Below are positions 1-13,433 of a stretch of 64,000 bases of DNA, piece after piece. The stretch's first letter is position 1. Each line of letters opens with the position of its first letter. The notes under the pieces were generated by a model that was given only the letters and a program-made list of their open reading frames with translations, did no database searches and had not been told where the DNA came from. The DNA comes from Isurus oxyrinchus (Eukaryota): positions 3,906,001 to 3,970,000 of the forward strand of contig JANJGN010000052.1 of the NCBI GenBank assembly GCA_026770705.1, read 5' to 3'. Both the position numbers and the translations under genes were made by a program.

Positions 1-597
1 GCATTTCCAGGTACCTTCCCTCAGGATAAGAACTTATTTCACATTTACAACGGGCACTGCCTATGTAAACTGTCACACTGCAGTTACATTCTCCCACCAG
101 TGGAGGGGTCTATCTAGAATGCAGGAAACTCCCTTTCAGATCCTCAGGATGTCCCCAAGGGCTTCAAAGGCAATGAATTGTATTTGATCGATGGAGAACT
201 GAGGGGTAAATCTACAATTCACTGTTCAGGAGGTTGCTCATCCAGTTCAGGGTCTTGTTGATCTGGAGTTTACCTTCCATCAACAAAGAATCGGAGCTGA
301 TACCGAGACTCCAGTGCAGCACTGAGAGAGGAGAGGGTACCCACACGTTTTTGTGTGTGAATGTGTGTGTTGGCTTGTGTGTGTGTATGTTTCTGCACAA
401 CAAGGATCTGTGTGTGCACGCACGCATGTGTGTTTGTGTGTGTGCGCACGTGTGTCTGTCTGTGCGTGTGTGTGTGTGTGAGTTAAGGTTGTGTGTCCTT
501 CTGCATGTGTGTCTGTTTGTGTGTGTGTGTGTGTGTGAGTGTGTGTGTGTATGTGTGTGTGTGTGTGTGAGTGATGTTGAAGTTTGCAGTAACTCAC

Positions 598-879
598 GTT
601 CCACAGTGATGGTTATGAACCCCTCCACTGCTCCATGTTCATTCTCTGCCACACACTGATAGTCTCCAGTGTCCCTGGATGTAACGTGAGGAATCACCAA
701 CCACAGCTCATTGTTGGAACTTGTTCTGTTCATTTGGACATTAAGATGTCGCCACGTCAGGTTAGAAGCTGGGAAGCTCTCGACAGAGCAGATTATCACT
801 GCAGAATTCCCCTCAATTATGTTGATCGATGAAGCGTTAATCATATCAAGAGAATTAATTGAGAGATTCTGTGGTGCAT
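598..879 (-). CDS. Siglec-like gene A: Ig domain 3 exon (C2/I-set stalk); gene continues beyond the left end
   Basis: ttttag|ATGCACC acceptor and GAAC|gtgagt donor; 282 nt, phase 1-1; encodes ..VIICSVESFPASNLTW..DTGDYQCVAENEHG.. Confidence 0.92.
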
Positions 880-1009
880 CTAAAAACAAATAAACATCAA
901 TTAACTTAAACTGACTGTGAAGCACTTTGAAATACACTGAGAATGTGAAAGGTTTGATATCAATGCAGGTTCTTTCACCACAAAGCCCGTAATCCAGGCA
1001 GACAAATCA

Positions 1010-1440
1010 GTTCAGTATTGAGGGAGTGCTGCAATGACAGAGGGTCAGTACTGAGGGAGTGCTGCACTGTCAGTGTGTCAGTACTGAGGGAGTGCTGTAG
1101 TGTCAGACGGTCAGTACTGAGGGAGTGCTGCATTGTCAGTGTGTCAGTACTGAGGGAATGCTGCACTGTCAGAGGGTCAGTACTGAGGGAGTGCTGCACT
1201 GTCAGTGGGTCAGTACTGAGGGAGTGCTGCACTGTCAGATGGTCAGTAAAGAGGGGGTGCTGCACTGTTTGACGGTCAGAACTGAGGGGGTGCTGCACTC
1301 TCAGAGGGTCAGTACTGAGGGAGTGCTGCACTGCGAAGATTCAGTACTGAGGGGGTGCTGCACTGTCGAAGGGTCAGTAGTGAGGGAATGCTGCAGTGTT
1401 GGAGAGTCAGTATTCAGGGACTGCTGCAGTGTCAGAGGTG
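1010..1440. repeat. 33-bp SINE-derived minisatellite (cagtactgagggagtgctgcactgtcagagggt)n
   Basis: Tandem units visible; 11-aa periodicity in the ORF track. Confidence 0.9.
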
Positions 1441-1557
1441 AATTTGTATCAATTAAAGACTATTGATTTGTTGCTAAACACAATGCAGTTGTGGGATCTT
1501 GCAGTGTACTATGTGGAGCTTTCTAGCTAATGTAGATGGAAGGGAGTCGGTACTTAC

Positions 1558-1854
1558 CTTGCACAGTTAGTACGAGGGTCCGCTCCGATGAAACAGATGG
1601 ATATCTCACTCTGCAGCTGAGAGTGTGTCCGTGGTGTTTGAGTGATGGGATCAGGGTCAGAACAGAAGTATAGGTCAGAGTGACACCATGCTGAGTTACA
1701 GTGTTTGAGACTGATCCAGGTACGTCAGTGGGAGTGTCCCTGGTTAAGACAGGTGCTGCTGTTCCATTGCACGTTGTGTTGAAGGTGCAGCTTACATCCA
1801 CACGCTTTCCTGCAATAATTTCAGCAGGGAATATCGTGGGTTTATCTGTGAAAT
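1558..1854 (-). CDS. Siglec-like gene A: C2-set domain 2 exon
   Basis: tgttag| acceptor, CAAG|gtaagt donor; 297 nt; SCTFNTTCNG (includes the Siglec interdomain Cys)..HHGHTLSCRV; the core Trp is Arg here (LTRDT). Confidence 0.9.
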
Positions 1855-2225
1855 CTAACAGACAGAGAATGGATCCTTTTAGAGAAATATAACGTGAAGC
1901 ATCAGTTCAAATAGAAATCACAGTCCCACAAGAGAAAGCACTTTTACAAGGATGATATCAGAACTGAGTTGTTTTAACTATCCTGATAGACTGTTAGACA
2001 CGATTAGAGAGATCGATGGGAGTAGAATACATTTAATCATTGATATTAAAGTGAGTATTAAAGGTTACGTTAGGACTGAACTGGAAGCTATCACCAGGTT
2101 ATTGAGAATCAGACAGTGTGTTATAATAAGCTGTGTTTTGTGTTAATATGTAAACGTCACAGTTTGTGTTGTTTCCCATTGAGTGTTGAATGTGAATTGT
2201 TGAGTAATTATAACACAGCACTTAC

Positions 2226-2591
2226 CAGAAACGTGAAGCTGGGTTACAGGATAGTAGCTATATCTATTCCTGCTGTCAAATTCTATTCTGAAATAATAAG
2301 GTCCTGCATCTTCCCGTCTGATGTTGTTTATAATCAGGGAACAGTCGCCATCTTTCAGGTCTCCAGACAGCCGGGTCCGATGGCGGAACCGTGGTAACTC
2401 ATGATTGTGATCCTTGGAGTGAAAGGCTATAGACGATCTTCCCCGTTCCTCATTATTAAACCAGACTCCACCTCGTTGTTGGTTTTCCAAATTTGAAGGA
2501 TAACTGTAATGACACGGAATCTGTACACACGAACCTTTCTGTGCTGTCATCTCTCGTGGAGTGTCACCTTTCCACTCTTGTGACCATCCAA
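2226..2591 (-). CDS. Siglec-like gene A: V-set sialic-acid-binding domain exon
   Basis: ccccag| and TCTG|gtaagt; 366 nt; GSCVQIPC, GDCSL (Siglec B-E intrasheet Cys pattern), DAGPYYFRIE with the essential Arg. Confidence 0.95.
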
Positions 2592-4444
2592 CTGGGGAGA
2601 GAAATATCAATATTTAATTCTGGACGGTTTGTAGTTCCATTAGACTTGATATCCACTCCCTCCATCATTGGGGCACAGTGGCTGCAGTGTGGACCATCTA
2701 CAGGACACACAAGGAACTCCCCAAGGTTTCACAATGGTTGGAAGAGAATCCTGGACACAGGAGTGGACAAGTTCATTCTACATTGGCTCATGGTCCTCAG
2801 GACCCTGTTTAGTTTTTTCGAATTATTCATTCATGGGATTTATTACCCATCCCATGTCCAGCAGAGGCATTTAAGAGTCAACCACATTGCTTTGGGTTTG
2901 GAGTGACATGTAGGCCAGACTGGGTAAGGGTGGCAGATTTCCTTCCCTATAGGTGATCAGTGAACCAGGCTTTTTAATTCCATTCATCAGCTGTGATGGG
3001 ATTCACACCCAGGGCCCCAGAGCATCACCCGGGGCCTCTGGAATACTAGCCCAGTGACAATACCTCTCTGCTACCGCTTCCCCTTAGTGAAGCCAGTCTT
3101 CCACTCAGAACCCCCCCCATTATCACCGTCATGAATCACTAATTAGCCTAACATTCCTGTCTGCTCTTCAACACAGCTGATTGGCTAATCTGATTCAATC
3201 TGATTGGTGTTCATTCCCTCTTCAATGTTTAAGGAATCACCAATCACTCATCCTCTAGTTATTCTCCTGCCCACAAGAGGGAACATTCTCTGTCTACCCA
3301 GTCAATCAAAACCTTTCATCTAAACCTAGTGGTGCTTGAGTATATAGTCGGGAATCCAGGGCAATGGAGCCTCAGGAGAAGAGATGGAAACCCTGTGAGG
3401 TGGAACGTCACTGAGGCCATCCGAGTTGAAGCGACTTTTGGAGAGAATTCCAAGGCAAGATCTTCGAAGTTGAAGATTGGAATCCCTCATGAGAGAAACA
3501 GAGTTTCAGTGAGATTGGTTGACTGACAGTGTTCACTGATGTCCGGGTGGGTTGTTGTGAAATCCATGGGCTCTATCTTGGTCGCGTTTACAATTTAATG
3601 AGTAATGTGGCTGTGAGACCACAGTTTGCCTGTTAATTCACATGAGCTCATATTAATCCAGAATGTTAGGGTATAAGGTGGATATTGTGAATTATTTTAT
3701 CTTTCTGAGCTGGTGCAGTAAAGTTTATTTTTGTTTGTTTAAAAGCCATGGAATCTTGTAGCTCTATTCTCTTTGCAAGCGTCTTAAATCTCAAACCTCG
3801 TCTACTTGAAACAAAATATTATTGGTTCCTAACTGTAAATTACGAAAAAAATTGGGTGCCTGTTCCTCCATCAGCAACTCTTTAACCCTTTTATCCCTCC
3901 AAGTAATAAGATTTTGTAAATGTATTCATTCATGGGATGTGGGCATCGCTGCCAAGGCCAGCATTTGCTGCCCATCTCTAATGTCCCGTGACATAATCTC
4001 TGTAGCAGAGTAGAGACAATCATGATCACTCAGGATATTTGACATCTATCCACATGAGCAGCTTTACCTTCCTTCTCTCTTTCAGTTATCTTACTCCCTT
4101 ATTGAAGTTTCTAGCATGGTGAGAACTGGATGGTTTGCTCGGACATTTCAGAGGAACCACGTTGCTATGAGTCTGGAGTCACATGTAGGCCAGACCAGAT
4201 ATAGACGGCAGATTTCCTTCCCTAAAGGCCATTAGTGAACCAGATGGGTGTGTATGACAATCGATGATAGTTTCATGGTCTCCATTACTGAGACTAACTC
4301 CCATTAGTGTAAACAGAGTGAACAGTTTTCCATTGATCCCACCTTTCCCGTTCTCTCCGGTATTTTACACACTATTGCTCGATAATTTGATTCTGCCAAG
4401 GACCCCTTGGAAAATCATGGACCCCAGTTAGACAACCAATGGAA

Positions 4445-4535
4445 TAAGGAGTCTCTTTGGATTCTCATTGTCTAAGGAATCTCTTTGGATCCTCATTGTC
4501 GAAGGAATCTCTTTGGATCCTCATTGTCTAATGGA
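4445..4535. repeat. About 3 copies of a 28-bp tandem repeat (ctctttggatcctcattgtctaaggaat)
   Basis: Direct inspection. Confidence 0.8.
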
Positions 4536-5722
4536 TTATTTCTGATCCAAACCCCATATTGTTGTATTGTTGATTCCGATGCAGCATTGTAGACTGACTT
4601 GTCCCCAAGCTCAGCACTGACCCTACTCCAGCAGACACTGTGAAACACACTAACAAAGTGCCTCTAGCCTGAGCTCTGCATGTGTCGGAGTTGCCGTTGT
4701 GGTGGGTTCATGACTTTCAAAGATGCTGTTGTCATTTTTTTTGTTCAAACTGAACTGGGCCCCACATGAAGTGTTGATACCAGAAACCTCTTGTTCCCTG
4801 TCCTTCTGAAACATCTGTGATTCAACAGGATTCTGAAGATTTGCTGATAAGGGTCTTAAATTGTCTGATTGTTGATTGATACAACACAGGAGGAGCTCAT
4901 GTGACCCATCGTGCATGTGCTGACTCTTTCCCAATTCCTCTCCAAAACCTTTCGCACATTCCTGCAAATTTCCCTTCAAGTATTTATCCAGTTCCCCTTC
5001 TGAAAGTTCCTGTTGAATCTGCTTCCACCGCTCTTTCAGGCAGTGAGGCAATGGTCTCTCTCTGAGCTGCAAAGTGCCCAGATTCCGTGAAATTTAAACT
5101 ATGCAGCAGATCAGAGACACTCATCAGATAACTCAGAATATTTGACACCTTTACACCCAGTCAGCTTTGCCTTTCTTCTCTCTTTCAGTTATCTTGCTCT
5201 CTTATTGAAGTATCTAGCAAGGTGAGAATGGACAGGAAGTGTGACACTGAACAACCTGTCTATTCTAGGAGCTGCTGTGTTGTCTTCATGGGAAGTTTTG
5301 AATAAAGGCAGCAAAGGACACAAATTTCAGGTCATTGCTATCGGAGACCTAACATTAGGATAGGCTTCATCCCCCAGTTTTTATCCCTGCTTCTCTACTC
5401 AACACATCAATCCCCATCGCTCACTGACCAACGTCCGACAGCACCTGAATTTCAAGATTCTGCTCTAGCTGCTACAAACCTGCCTATCCCTGTAAACTCC
5501 TCCAGCCCCTACAACCCTTCAAGACCACTGGTCTACTCCAATTCTGCTGTCAGACAGGGAGTCAGTGTATATCAGTGAGCACAGGGGTGATGGGTGAATG
5601 GGACTTGGTGTGAGTTTGTACACTGGATCACTGCTGAATCAGTTCCCTATCAGAGCTCAATAAGAATGATCTTTAACAAAGACTATTAACCATAAATCTG
5701 TCCGAGCTGACAATGGTATTAC

Positions 5723-5762
5723 CTTGCAGAAGTGACAGGAGGAAGTAAGATTTCCCGATCAT
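5723..5762 (-). CDS. Siglec-like gene A: leader (signal peptide) coding part, MIGKSYFLLSLLQ(V)
   Basis: ATG at 5762, CAAG|gtaata donor, phase 1, joins the V exon in frame; exon acceptor ctttcag| at 5804; same peptide in gene B. Confidence 0.88.
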
Positions 5763-6194
5763 TGTCCACTCCCAGATATTTCCTCAGCTTCTAACTCTGA
5801 AGTTCTGAAAGAGAAAGGAGTTAATGAGACTTCACCTCTTGTCCGACAGCTCTTGAGAGATCAGAACTGCTTTTAGACAATATCTTCACAGACTAATTTG
5901 ATTCTCTGTGGGATGATAGGTGCTCTACAGAGAGTTACAAGGCTTTCAGAAAGAAAAACAATGAAGGTCTTGCATTTCTATAGCACCTTTCACCACCTTG
6001 GATGTCCCCAAGCTCATGTCCCTTGAGCTAGAAAGATGTTCTGTACAACAGACTTGAGCCTCACACCCAGATCTCAATAATCAGTAGAAATCTTTCAAAG
6101 GCATCGATCATTGGAATCTGTCTTTATAAAGTCACAACATCAACAAAGGACGGTGTTGGTGGTGGAAGTGAATTCCAATCGTTCCGCTACTTAC

Positions 6195-6340
6195 CCAGGA
6201 CCTGTCCGACTGCTCGCCTGGGGAGGAACTGCCCACACGCTCTGCTTGGGCTGAATGACCTCTTCCTGTGCTGATCCATCTGTGTATTAAATTAGAAAAG
6301 GCTGATGCGTCACTGTGAGCCAAAATGAGGAAGTTGGAAC
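6195..6340 (-). promoter_or_regulatory. Gene A putative promoter and non-coding first exon
   Basis: CCTGG|gtaagt donor after 6195; AT-rich TATA-like stretch ~6286-6296; PU.1/ETS-like AAAATGAGGAAGT at 6322-6334; conserved in gene B. Confidence 0.55.
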
Positions 6341-6389
6341 AAAGTGAGAGAACAGCACTTTGCTGTGCACTGTCAGCAAACCCTGTGTC

Positions 6390-9345
6390 TGTATAAGAAT
6401 ATAAGAACAGAACAAGTAGGATCAGCTGGACACCCTGACATTTTCATTCCTTGTATTCCATCCACTCATTTTTTTATCTACTCACTGAAACTATTTATCT
6501 CCCTCTGCAGCCTCTTTGTGCCCTCCTCACAGCTTGCTTTCCTGCCCAGCTTATATATTTCCTACCTATCTTCACCATACAGTCAGAAAATCTGCCTACA
6601 GTACAGTCAGTCCCTTCATCCAAGTCACTAATGTAGATTGTGAATAGTTGAGGCCTCAGCACTGATCCCTGTGGCTCTCCACTAGTTACAGTTTACCAAG
6701 CTGAAAATCACCCATTTATCCTGGCTCTCTGTTTCCTGTCAGTTAGCCAGTGCTCTATCCATATTAATATATCACCCCCAACACCATCCAATTTCACCCT
6801 GTGCAGTATCCTTTGATGTGGCACCTTATCGAATGCCTTTTGGAAATCCAATGTCATGAAGAGATATTTGTGTGTAAAATGTGCTTGGAAATTATTATTT
6901 AAAATAGAATTCTAGTGGTGGTCCATGTATAGGTGTGAGTCTGGGTGTGTCTTAATTGGATTAAAGCCAGCTGGTCTGTGTGCTTTGATGTTTAGTAGTT
7001 TTGAGATGTTAATTAGGTGAATTGTGAGGAGAACAGTAAAGTGTTCATTTGCAATTGTTGAATAAACCATTCCAGACTGGGGGTAAAATCTTGCACCTAG
7101 TTAGAAGGAGCCAAAAGATGTGTTTTTTCTTGAACTTACTAATGAAATTGGTGCTATGAAAGGGGGTTTTATTGTTCGACGAGCTGGAGTTCAGAAGTCC
7201 GAGTGATACAATGGAAAATTTACATTCAAAGGGAAAGCTAGTTATATAAAGGAAGGAGTTTGTGTGTGTGAGGCAGGAGCATTTCAGACCTAACCAGCCT
7301 GTAGCCTCCAACCAACTTGCAAAGGAACCTCATTCGGAATTCGTAATGTCAAATGTGCTTTGCCTGGTGTCTATATTATGTCAATGGTTCATTGTTGCCT
7401 TAGTAGAGATTTTCATGGGGGTGATTAATTGGGGGATTTGTTAAAAAGTTATTATAGTAGTTATTTGTAGCCAATGTGTATGTGTTAAATTAATAAATGG
7501 TTTATTTAGTTTTATATAAAAAACCCACAATCCTCGGTGGTCTTATTCCTACTGAATTCAAAGTCTTCATCTCAAAATTACAAACAGCAAAATTGGGTTA
7601 TGACAGTTGTTTCAATTTTCCCTCTGGGATTTGAACAACTCAGCCTTTACCCTTGGCTGTGTCATAGTCCCTAATACACCACATCTACAGGTTCCACTTT
7701 ATCCAATCCACTTGTTACATCCTCGAGGAAATCTAATTATTTTTTCAAACATGATATCCCTTTCACAAACCCATGTTGACTCTGTCTGATTGAATTATGG
7801 TTTTCTAAATGTCCTGCTGCTCCCTCCTTCATAATGAATTCTGGTATTTTCCCAATGACAGATATTAGACTAACTGACCTGTAGTTTCTTGCTTTCTGCC
7901 TCCTCCCTTTATTGAACAGAAATGTTTCATTTATGTTTTTCCAATCCGCTGGGACCTTCCCATAATCTAAGGAATTCTGGAAGATTACAACCAATGCATC
8001 CACCGTCTCTGCAGCCATTTCCTTTCAGACCCTCACATTCAGGCCGTCTGCTCCATGGGACTTGTCAGCATTTGTCTCATTAGTTTTCTTAATACTTTTT
8101 CTCTGGTGATAGTGATTGTTTTATGTTCCTCCCTCCTTGTTGCACCGTGACTTTCTCCTGCTATTGGGATGGTTTTAGAGATTTTTACTGTGAAGACAGA
8201 CACAAAATTCTTGTTGAAAGTCTCTGTCATTTCCTTGTTTCCCATTATTAATTCCCCAGTCTGATTTTCTATGTGTCCCATTATTACTGGAGCTTCTCTC
8301 TTATTTTAATGTACAACATCTCACTGTCATTGTTTATGGTTCTTGCTAGTTTACTCTCATATCATCATTTCTGCCTCCTTATATTTCTCCCCTCACTTTT
8401 CTGGTTTCTCAAATATTCCCAATCTCCAGCCTATCACTAAGCATCCCAACATTGCCGGCTTTATCTCACAATTGGATACCGTCCTTAGCTTCCTGAGTTA
8501 GCCGCCAATGCTCCATCCTTTTTATAGATTCTTTCTTTCTTACTGGAAAATATCTTCATTGGCATTTATGAAACATCTCTTTAGACACCTGTTACTCCTC
8601 ATCTACACACCCCCCCCCCTTTAACCTGCTGTCCCACTCTACTTGGGCCGACTCTACTTTTAACCCTTGTAATTGCCTTTAGTTAAGTTTATGACACTAG
8701 CTTCAGACACAAGTTTCCAAATTGAATATTAAATTTCAACACCGTATGATTACTCTTCCCTTGAGGATCCTTTACAATGAGATGTTAATTAGTCTTGTCT
8801 CATTAAACATTGCCAGGACTAAAACAGCCTCTACCCTGGTTGGTTCCATGTTGCATTGTTCTAAAATACTGTCCTGAATACAATCTGTATAACCTCGCTG
8901 AAAGCTACATTTGCTAATCTGATTTGTCTAATCCATATGACGATTGAAAACTCCCATGATTAATGTGGTGCCTTTCTCACAGACCTCCTCATGTATTGAT
9001 TTATAATCTACCCCTGCAGTGTAACTACTGTCAGGGGGGAGTATAAACCAACCCACCAGTGATTTCTTTCCCTTGCAATTCCTTATGTTCACCCAAACTG
9101 ACTGTGCATCTTGACATCTGAGCCAAAATCATTTCTCACTACTTTACAGGTCTCATCTTTTATTAAGAGAGCTACCCCACCTCCTTTTCATTTTTCCTAT
9201 CCTTTCAAAGATTCCAAATATTCTTCAATTTTCAATTTCCAACCTTGGTCACCTTGCAACCAACTCTCTGCAGTGTCCATCTTATCGTACCCATTAATCT
9301 CTATTTGTGCTATAACTTCATTCATTTTGTTCCAACTTTATGTTT
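6390..9345 (-). mobile_element. Degenerate CR1-clade LINE (ORF2 endonuclease/RT fragments), interrupted by an LTR-like insert
   Basis: ORF pieces DALVVIFQNSLDYGKVPADWK..NYRSVSLISVIGK..SQHGFVKG; CR1-type short-repeat tail near 6395. Confidence 0.85.
6852..7667 (+). mobile_element. Solo LTR-like element
   Basis: TGTCATGA..GTGTCATA termini; splits the CR1 phrase ggaaatccaa/aatacaccacatc; similar to 11286-12043. Confidence 0.7.
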
Positions 9346-10482
9346 TATATATTCATTCTTCCATGGGAAGTGGGCATCACTGGCTAGGCCAGCATTTATG
9401 GCCCATCCTTAATTACCTTGAGAAGGTGGTGGTGAGCTGCCTTCCTGAACCTCTGCACTCCATGTGGTGTAGGTACACCCACAATGCTGTTAGAGAAGGA
9501 AGTCCAAGATTTTGACCCTAGTGGCAGTGAAGGAATGGCGATATATTTCAAAATCAGGATGATGTGTGGCTTGGAGGCGAACTTCCAGGTGGTGGTGTCT
9601 GGGCATTTCAATCCCTTGTGACAATAAATGTAATATTATAGAAAATGCAAAGGCTTCTTGTAATCTATCACAGAATAAACAAGTTGCAGAATTCAGAAAG
9701 CACTTTCTGAAATGTCAACAAAGTTCAGTGACGTCACATTTCTGCTAATTACTATTCGGCCATGTTGGCTGCTTGCAGTCAGGCAGTCCCTCGGTTGTGA
9801 TGTGTCCACACAGCAGTACTGGGATGCATCAGCATCAAAGGACATGCTTAGTTGTTGCCGTGCAATGCATTTATTGCGAGGCTGTTGCACACACGCCCTG
9901 TCGATGGACCCTCTGAATTACCATTCTGAATCGAGGCAGATCAACTTTCCTGCAACAACTTGCATTTATATGGCACACTTAATGTAACAAACTGTCCCAA
10001 ATCTCTTCAGGGGATTGTTACCTACATATAAATCCATCTCTGAGACACATAATGAGGTATTAGGGACAGGTGACAAAAAGCTGATTTCACAAAGCCAGTT
10101 AATNNNNNNNNNNNNNNNNNNNNNNNNNNNNNNNNNNNNNNNNNNNNNNNNNNNNNNNNNNNNNNNNNNNNNNNNNNNNNNNNNNNNNNNNNNNNNNNNN
10201 NNNNNNNNNNNNNNNNNNNNNNNNNNNNNNNNNNNNNNNNNNNNNNNNNNNNNNNNNNNNNNNNNNNNNNNNNNNNNNNNNNNACTGAATCTCTGTCCCC
10301 AATGACTCAGCATCAAGTCGTCACTGGGGAAACATTTCATTCCAAACCACACCAACCACAGACCCATTCAGTCCCTTCCTCCCTCTCTCCCCCTCTCCCC
10401 CAGTGGGTTGTCTCATGTTCCCAAGAATCTTCATCCCTGCCACCATCCACAAACCTCCTGACCCCCTCTCCCTTTTTCACGC

Positions 10483-10731
10483 TCAGTTTCTCTTGAATCT
10501 GATCTGTGCGTATTCCGTCTGCTCTTCCCTGTGGACAGACCCATCACCACTGGGCACCCTGAAGACTTGGGGATTGGTGTAGAGAAGGTCGTTGGGATTG
10601 TCGGGGTTCCCATGTCCAGCATCGCCTCCCACTGGACCTTCAGAGAGACCCCGGGGAGCTGGGGTCTCCCCCTCACTAGTTGTATCTCTGGTTGTGTTCC
10701 GGGGCTCAGTAATCAGCACGTTCTGTTTACC
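10483..10731 (-). pseudogene. Orphan Siglec terminal cytoplasmic exon (LLYTNP degenerate ITIM; TEYAQI ITSM-like)
   Basis: ctgtag| acceptor, 249 nt, open to stop; paralog of 53453-53701; no TM exon found upstream. Confidence 0.85.
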
Positions 10732-10874
10732 CTACAGAGAAACGGAAACAGAAGGCATCCTCACATCATTTACTGGCACTGATAGGGTTAAATTATTCTG
10801 CAGCCTCGTTAGTATCAGTCGTGGGTCAGTGGGTTTAACCCTCTCTCACATGTTTTATGAAAGAAAACACCTAT

Positions 10875-11155
10875 GGCAGTGCAGTGCTCCCTCAGTACTG
10901 ACCCTTCGATAGTGCAGCACTTCCTCAATGCTGACCATCCAACAGTGCAGCACTCCCTCAGTACTGACCCTCCGACAGTGCAGCGCTCCCTCAGTACTGA
11001 CCCTCCAACAGTGCAGCGCTCCCTCAGTACTGACCCTCCGACAGTACAGGTCTTCCTCAGTACTGACCCTCTGACAGTGCAGCACTCCCTCAGTACTGAC
11101 CCTCTGACAGTGCAGCACTCCCTCAGTACTGACCCTCTGTCAGTCTCGCACTCCC
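10875..11155. repeat. 33-bp SINE-derived minisatellite
   Basis: Tandem units. Confidence 0.9.
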
Positions 11156-11285
11156 TCGGTAAGGCTCTGGCGAGTGTCGGCTTGGATTCTGCACTCAGGT
11201 GCCTGGTTTGAGGCTCAATAACATGAATCTTGTAATCAGAGAGAGGATGAGAGAGAGAGAGAGAGATGAAGGGTCAGAGACAGAG

Positions 11286-12043
11286 CGTTATGAATCTATT
11301 AATGTATGTATTGTAATTGGAAATTGTCTTTTTAAACAGAGGTTTAGTCTGTGGGTGTGTGTGTGTGTGTTTTAATTGGATTAAAGCCAGCCGGTCTGGG
11401 GACTTTGATGTATAGTAGTTTTGAGATGTAAACAAAGAGGTAAAGAGGCATATTGCATTTTTAAAAGGAGGATTCAAAGCCTGGGAGTGAATTCTTAAAC
11501 CAATCAATGTTGATATTACTAATAAAATTGATACTATGAAACGGGATTTATAGTTAGAAGAGATGGAGTTCAAAGGTCCTGATGATACAATGAGAATTTA
11601 CATTCAAAGAGAAGCACTGGGTATAACTTGAGCAGTTTTGTGTGTGCAGAGCAGAGGCTTGTAACATCAAAGCAGCTGTAAGCCTGCACATGTCTGCAAT
11701 GGAACCAAAGTGAAAGGAACCTCATTTGGAATTTGTGAGGTGAAAATGCTTCGCTTGGAATCTGCTTAAAGTCTATGGGTTGTCTTAGAGGACGTTAGTT
11801 TGGGAATTTGTTAAAAAGTTATGATAGTACTAGTTTGTAGCGATGTGCATATGATTAACTTGTGAAAATTAATAAATGTCTCATGTAGTTTGATATAAAA
11901 CCATCTCAAGAACTGGTGGTCTTATTCCTGAATTTAGAGCTGCATCTCAAACATTCCACTGGGAAATATAGGTTATGACAGTTGTTTAAAGTTTCCCTCT
12001 GGGATTTTAAACAACAGCCTTTACCAGTTGCTGTGTCATAACA
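11286..12043 (+). mobile_element. Solo LTR-like element
   Basis: (T>C)GTTATGA..TCATAACA inverted termini; internal AATAAA; same family as 6852-7667. Confidence 0.7.
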
Positions 12044-12178
12044 GAGAGACAGCATGATATTGAACCATTGCTGACTCCACAGGTACAAATCAGTGGGTAA
12101 CTGGGCAGGGAATCTGTGACATGTGTTGTCTACACACTGAGATTGAAGCTTTGGAGTGAGTGTAAACAGTTCCTGTAC

Positions 12179-12260
12179 CTGGTGTTTCACAGAGAGTGGA
12201 CTGGGGGTCAATGCAATGTCTCTGGTCCCTGAAACTCTCTCCTCCATCGCTGTCTTTCTC
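12179..12260 (-). pseudogene. Orphan juxtamembrane cytoplasmic exon (RKTAMEERVSGTRDIALTPSPLSVKHQ)
   Basis: ttgcag| and CAG|gtacag; 82 nt; paralog of 52264-52345. Confidence 0.85.
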
Positions 12261-12394
12261 CTGCAATAACACAATATTACACTGTGGTTATCATATAGCA
12301 GAGAGTCAGTGCAGCACAGACACAGAGCCCACTGTAATCTTAGACCAACGACTGGGACTGTCTCTTTAAATCAGTTCTATACAAAGCACAGAAT

Positions 12395-12860
12395 CAAGAA
12401 GCTTGACACCATCCAGGACAAAGCAGCCCGATTGATCTACACCCCATCCCCCACATTAAACATTCACTCCCTCCACAACGAACACACAGTGGAAGCAGTG
12501 TGTGTACCATCTACAAGATGCACTGCAGCAACTCAGCAGGGCTCCTTCAACAGCACCTTCCAAACCCACGACCTCTACCATCTAGAAGGACAAGGGCAGC
12601 AGACACATGGGAACACCACCACCTGGAAGTTCCCCTCCAAGTCACTCACCATCCTGACTTGGAAATATATCATCGTTCCTTCACTGTCACTGGGTCAAAA
12701 TCCCGGAACTCCCTCCCTAACAGCACTGTGGGTGTACCTACACCACATGGACTGCAGCGGGTCAAGAAGGCTGATCACCACCACCTTCTCAAGTGCAATT
12801 AGGGATGGGCATTAATGCTGGCTTCACCAGTGACAGCCACATTCGATGTAAGAATTAAAA
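12395..12860 (+). mobile_element. LINE 3' fragment
   Basis: KKLDTIQDKAARLI..; same 3' end as the 55.5-55.96 kb copy. Confidence 0.8.
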
Positions 12861-13433
12861 ATCTCACAGCTCAATGTATTTATTGGGATCCTCCTGCACA
12901 CACGCCCTGTCGAAGGAGCCTTTGTGGTTCCATTGTTAATCAAAGCAGATCAGACTTACTGCAACTACTTGCATTTATATAGCACCTTTAATGTAGCAAA
13001 ATGTCCCAAGGCTCATCCGGGAATTGTTAGTCACATCTTCACCTGACTCTGAGGCACATGAGGAGATATAAGGGACAGGAGACCAACAGCTGCGTCAACA
13101 AAGTCAGTTATTAACGGGCATCTTAAAGGAGGAGCTGGAGATAGAGAATGAGTGACAGACACAGAAAGAAAGACAGAGAGAGGGAGAGAGAGAACAAGAG
13201 AGCGAGAGAGAGAGAGAGAGAGACAGAGAGAGACAGTGAATCTCTATCCCCAGTGGCTCAGCATCCAGTCCTCTCTGGAGAAGCATTTCATTCCAAACCA
13301 CACCAACCGCAGCCCAATCCCATCCCTTCCTCCCTCTCTCCCCCTCTCCCCCAGTGGGTTGTTTCCCGTTCCCAGGAATCTCAATCACTACCCCCACCCC
13401 CATACCTCCTCACTCCCTCTCCCCATTTTTCAT

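Noticed and set aside
602-640. RAG heptamer CACAGTG at the end of each Ig3 exon, and at 14641
   Set aside because: No nonamer at 12 or 23 bp spacing in the cases checked; in the Ig3 exons it is simply coding sequence (ITVE). No RSS seen beside the V exons, so there is no evidence for V(D)J-type joining.
2226-2591. Immunoglobulin/TCR/IgNAR V segment, or a specific ortholog name (CD22, MAG, SIGLEC1, CD33)
   Set aside because: No F-strand Cys; the Cys pattern and FR motif are Siglec-type. Orthology cannot be assigned without a phylogeny, so no gene symbol is given.
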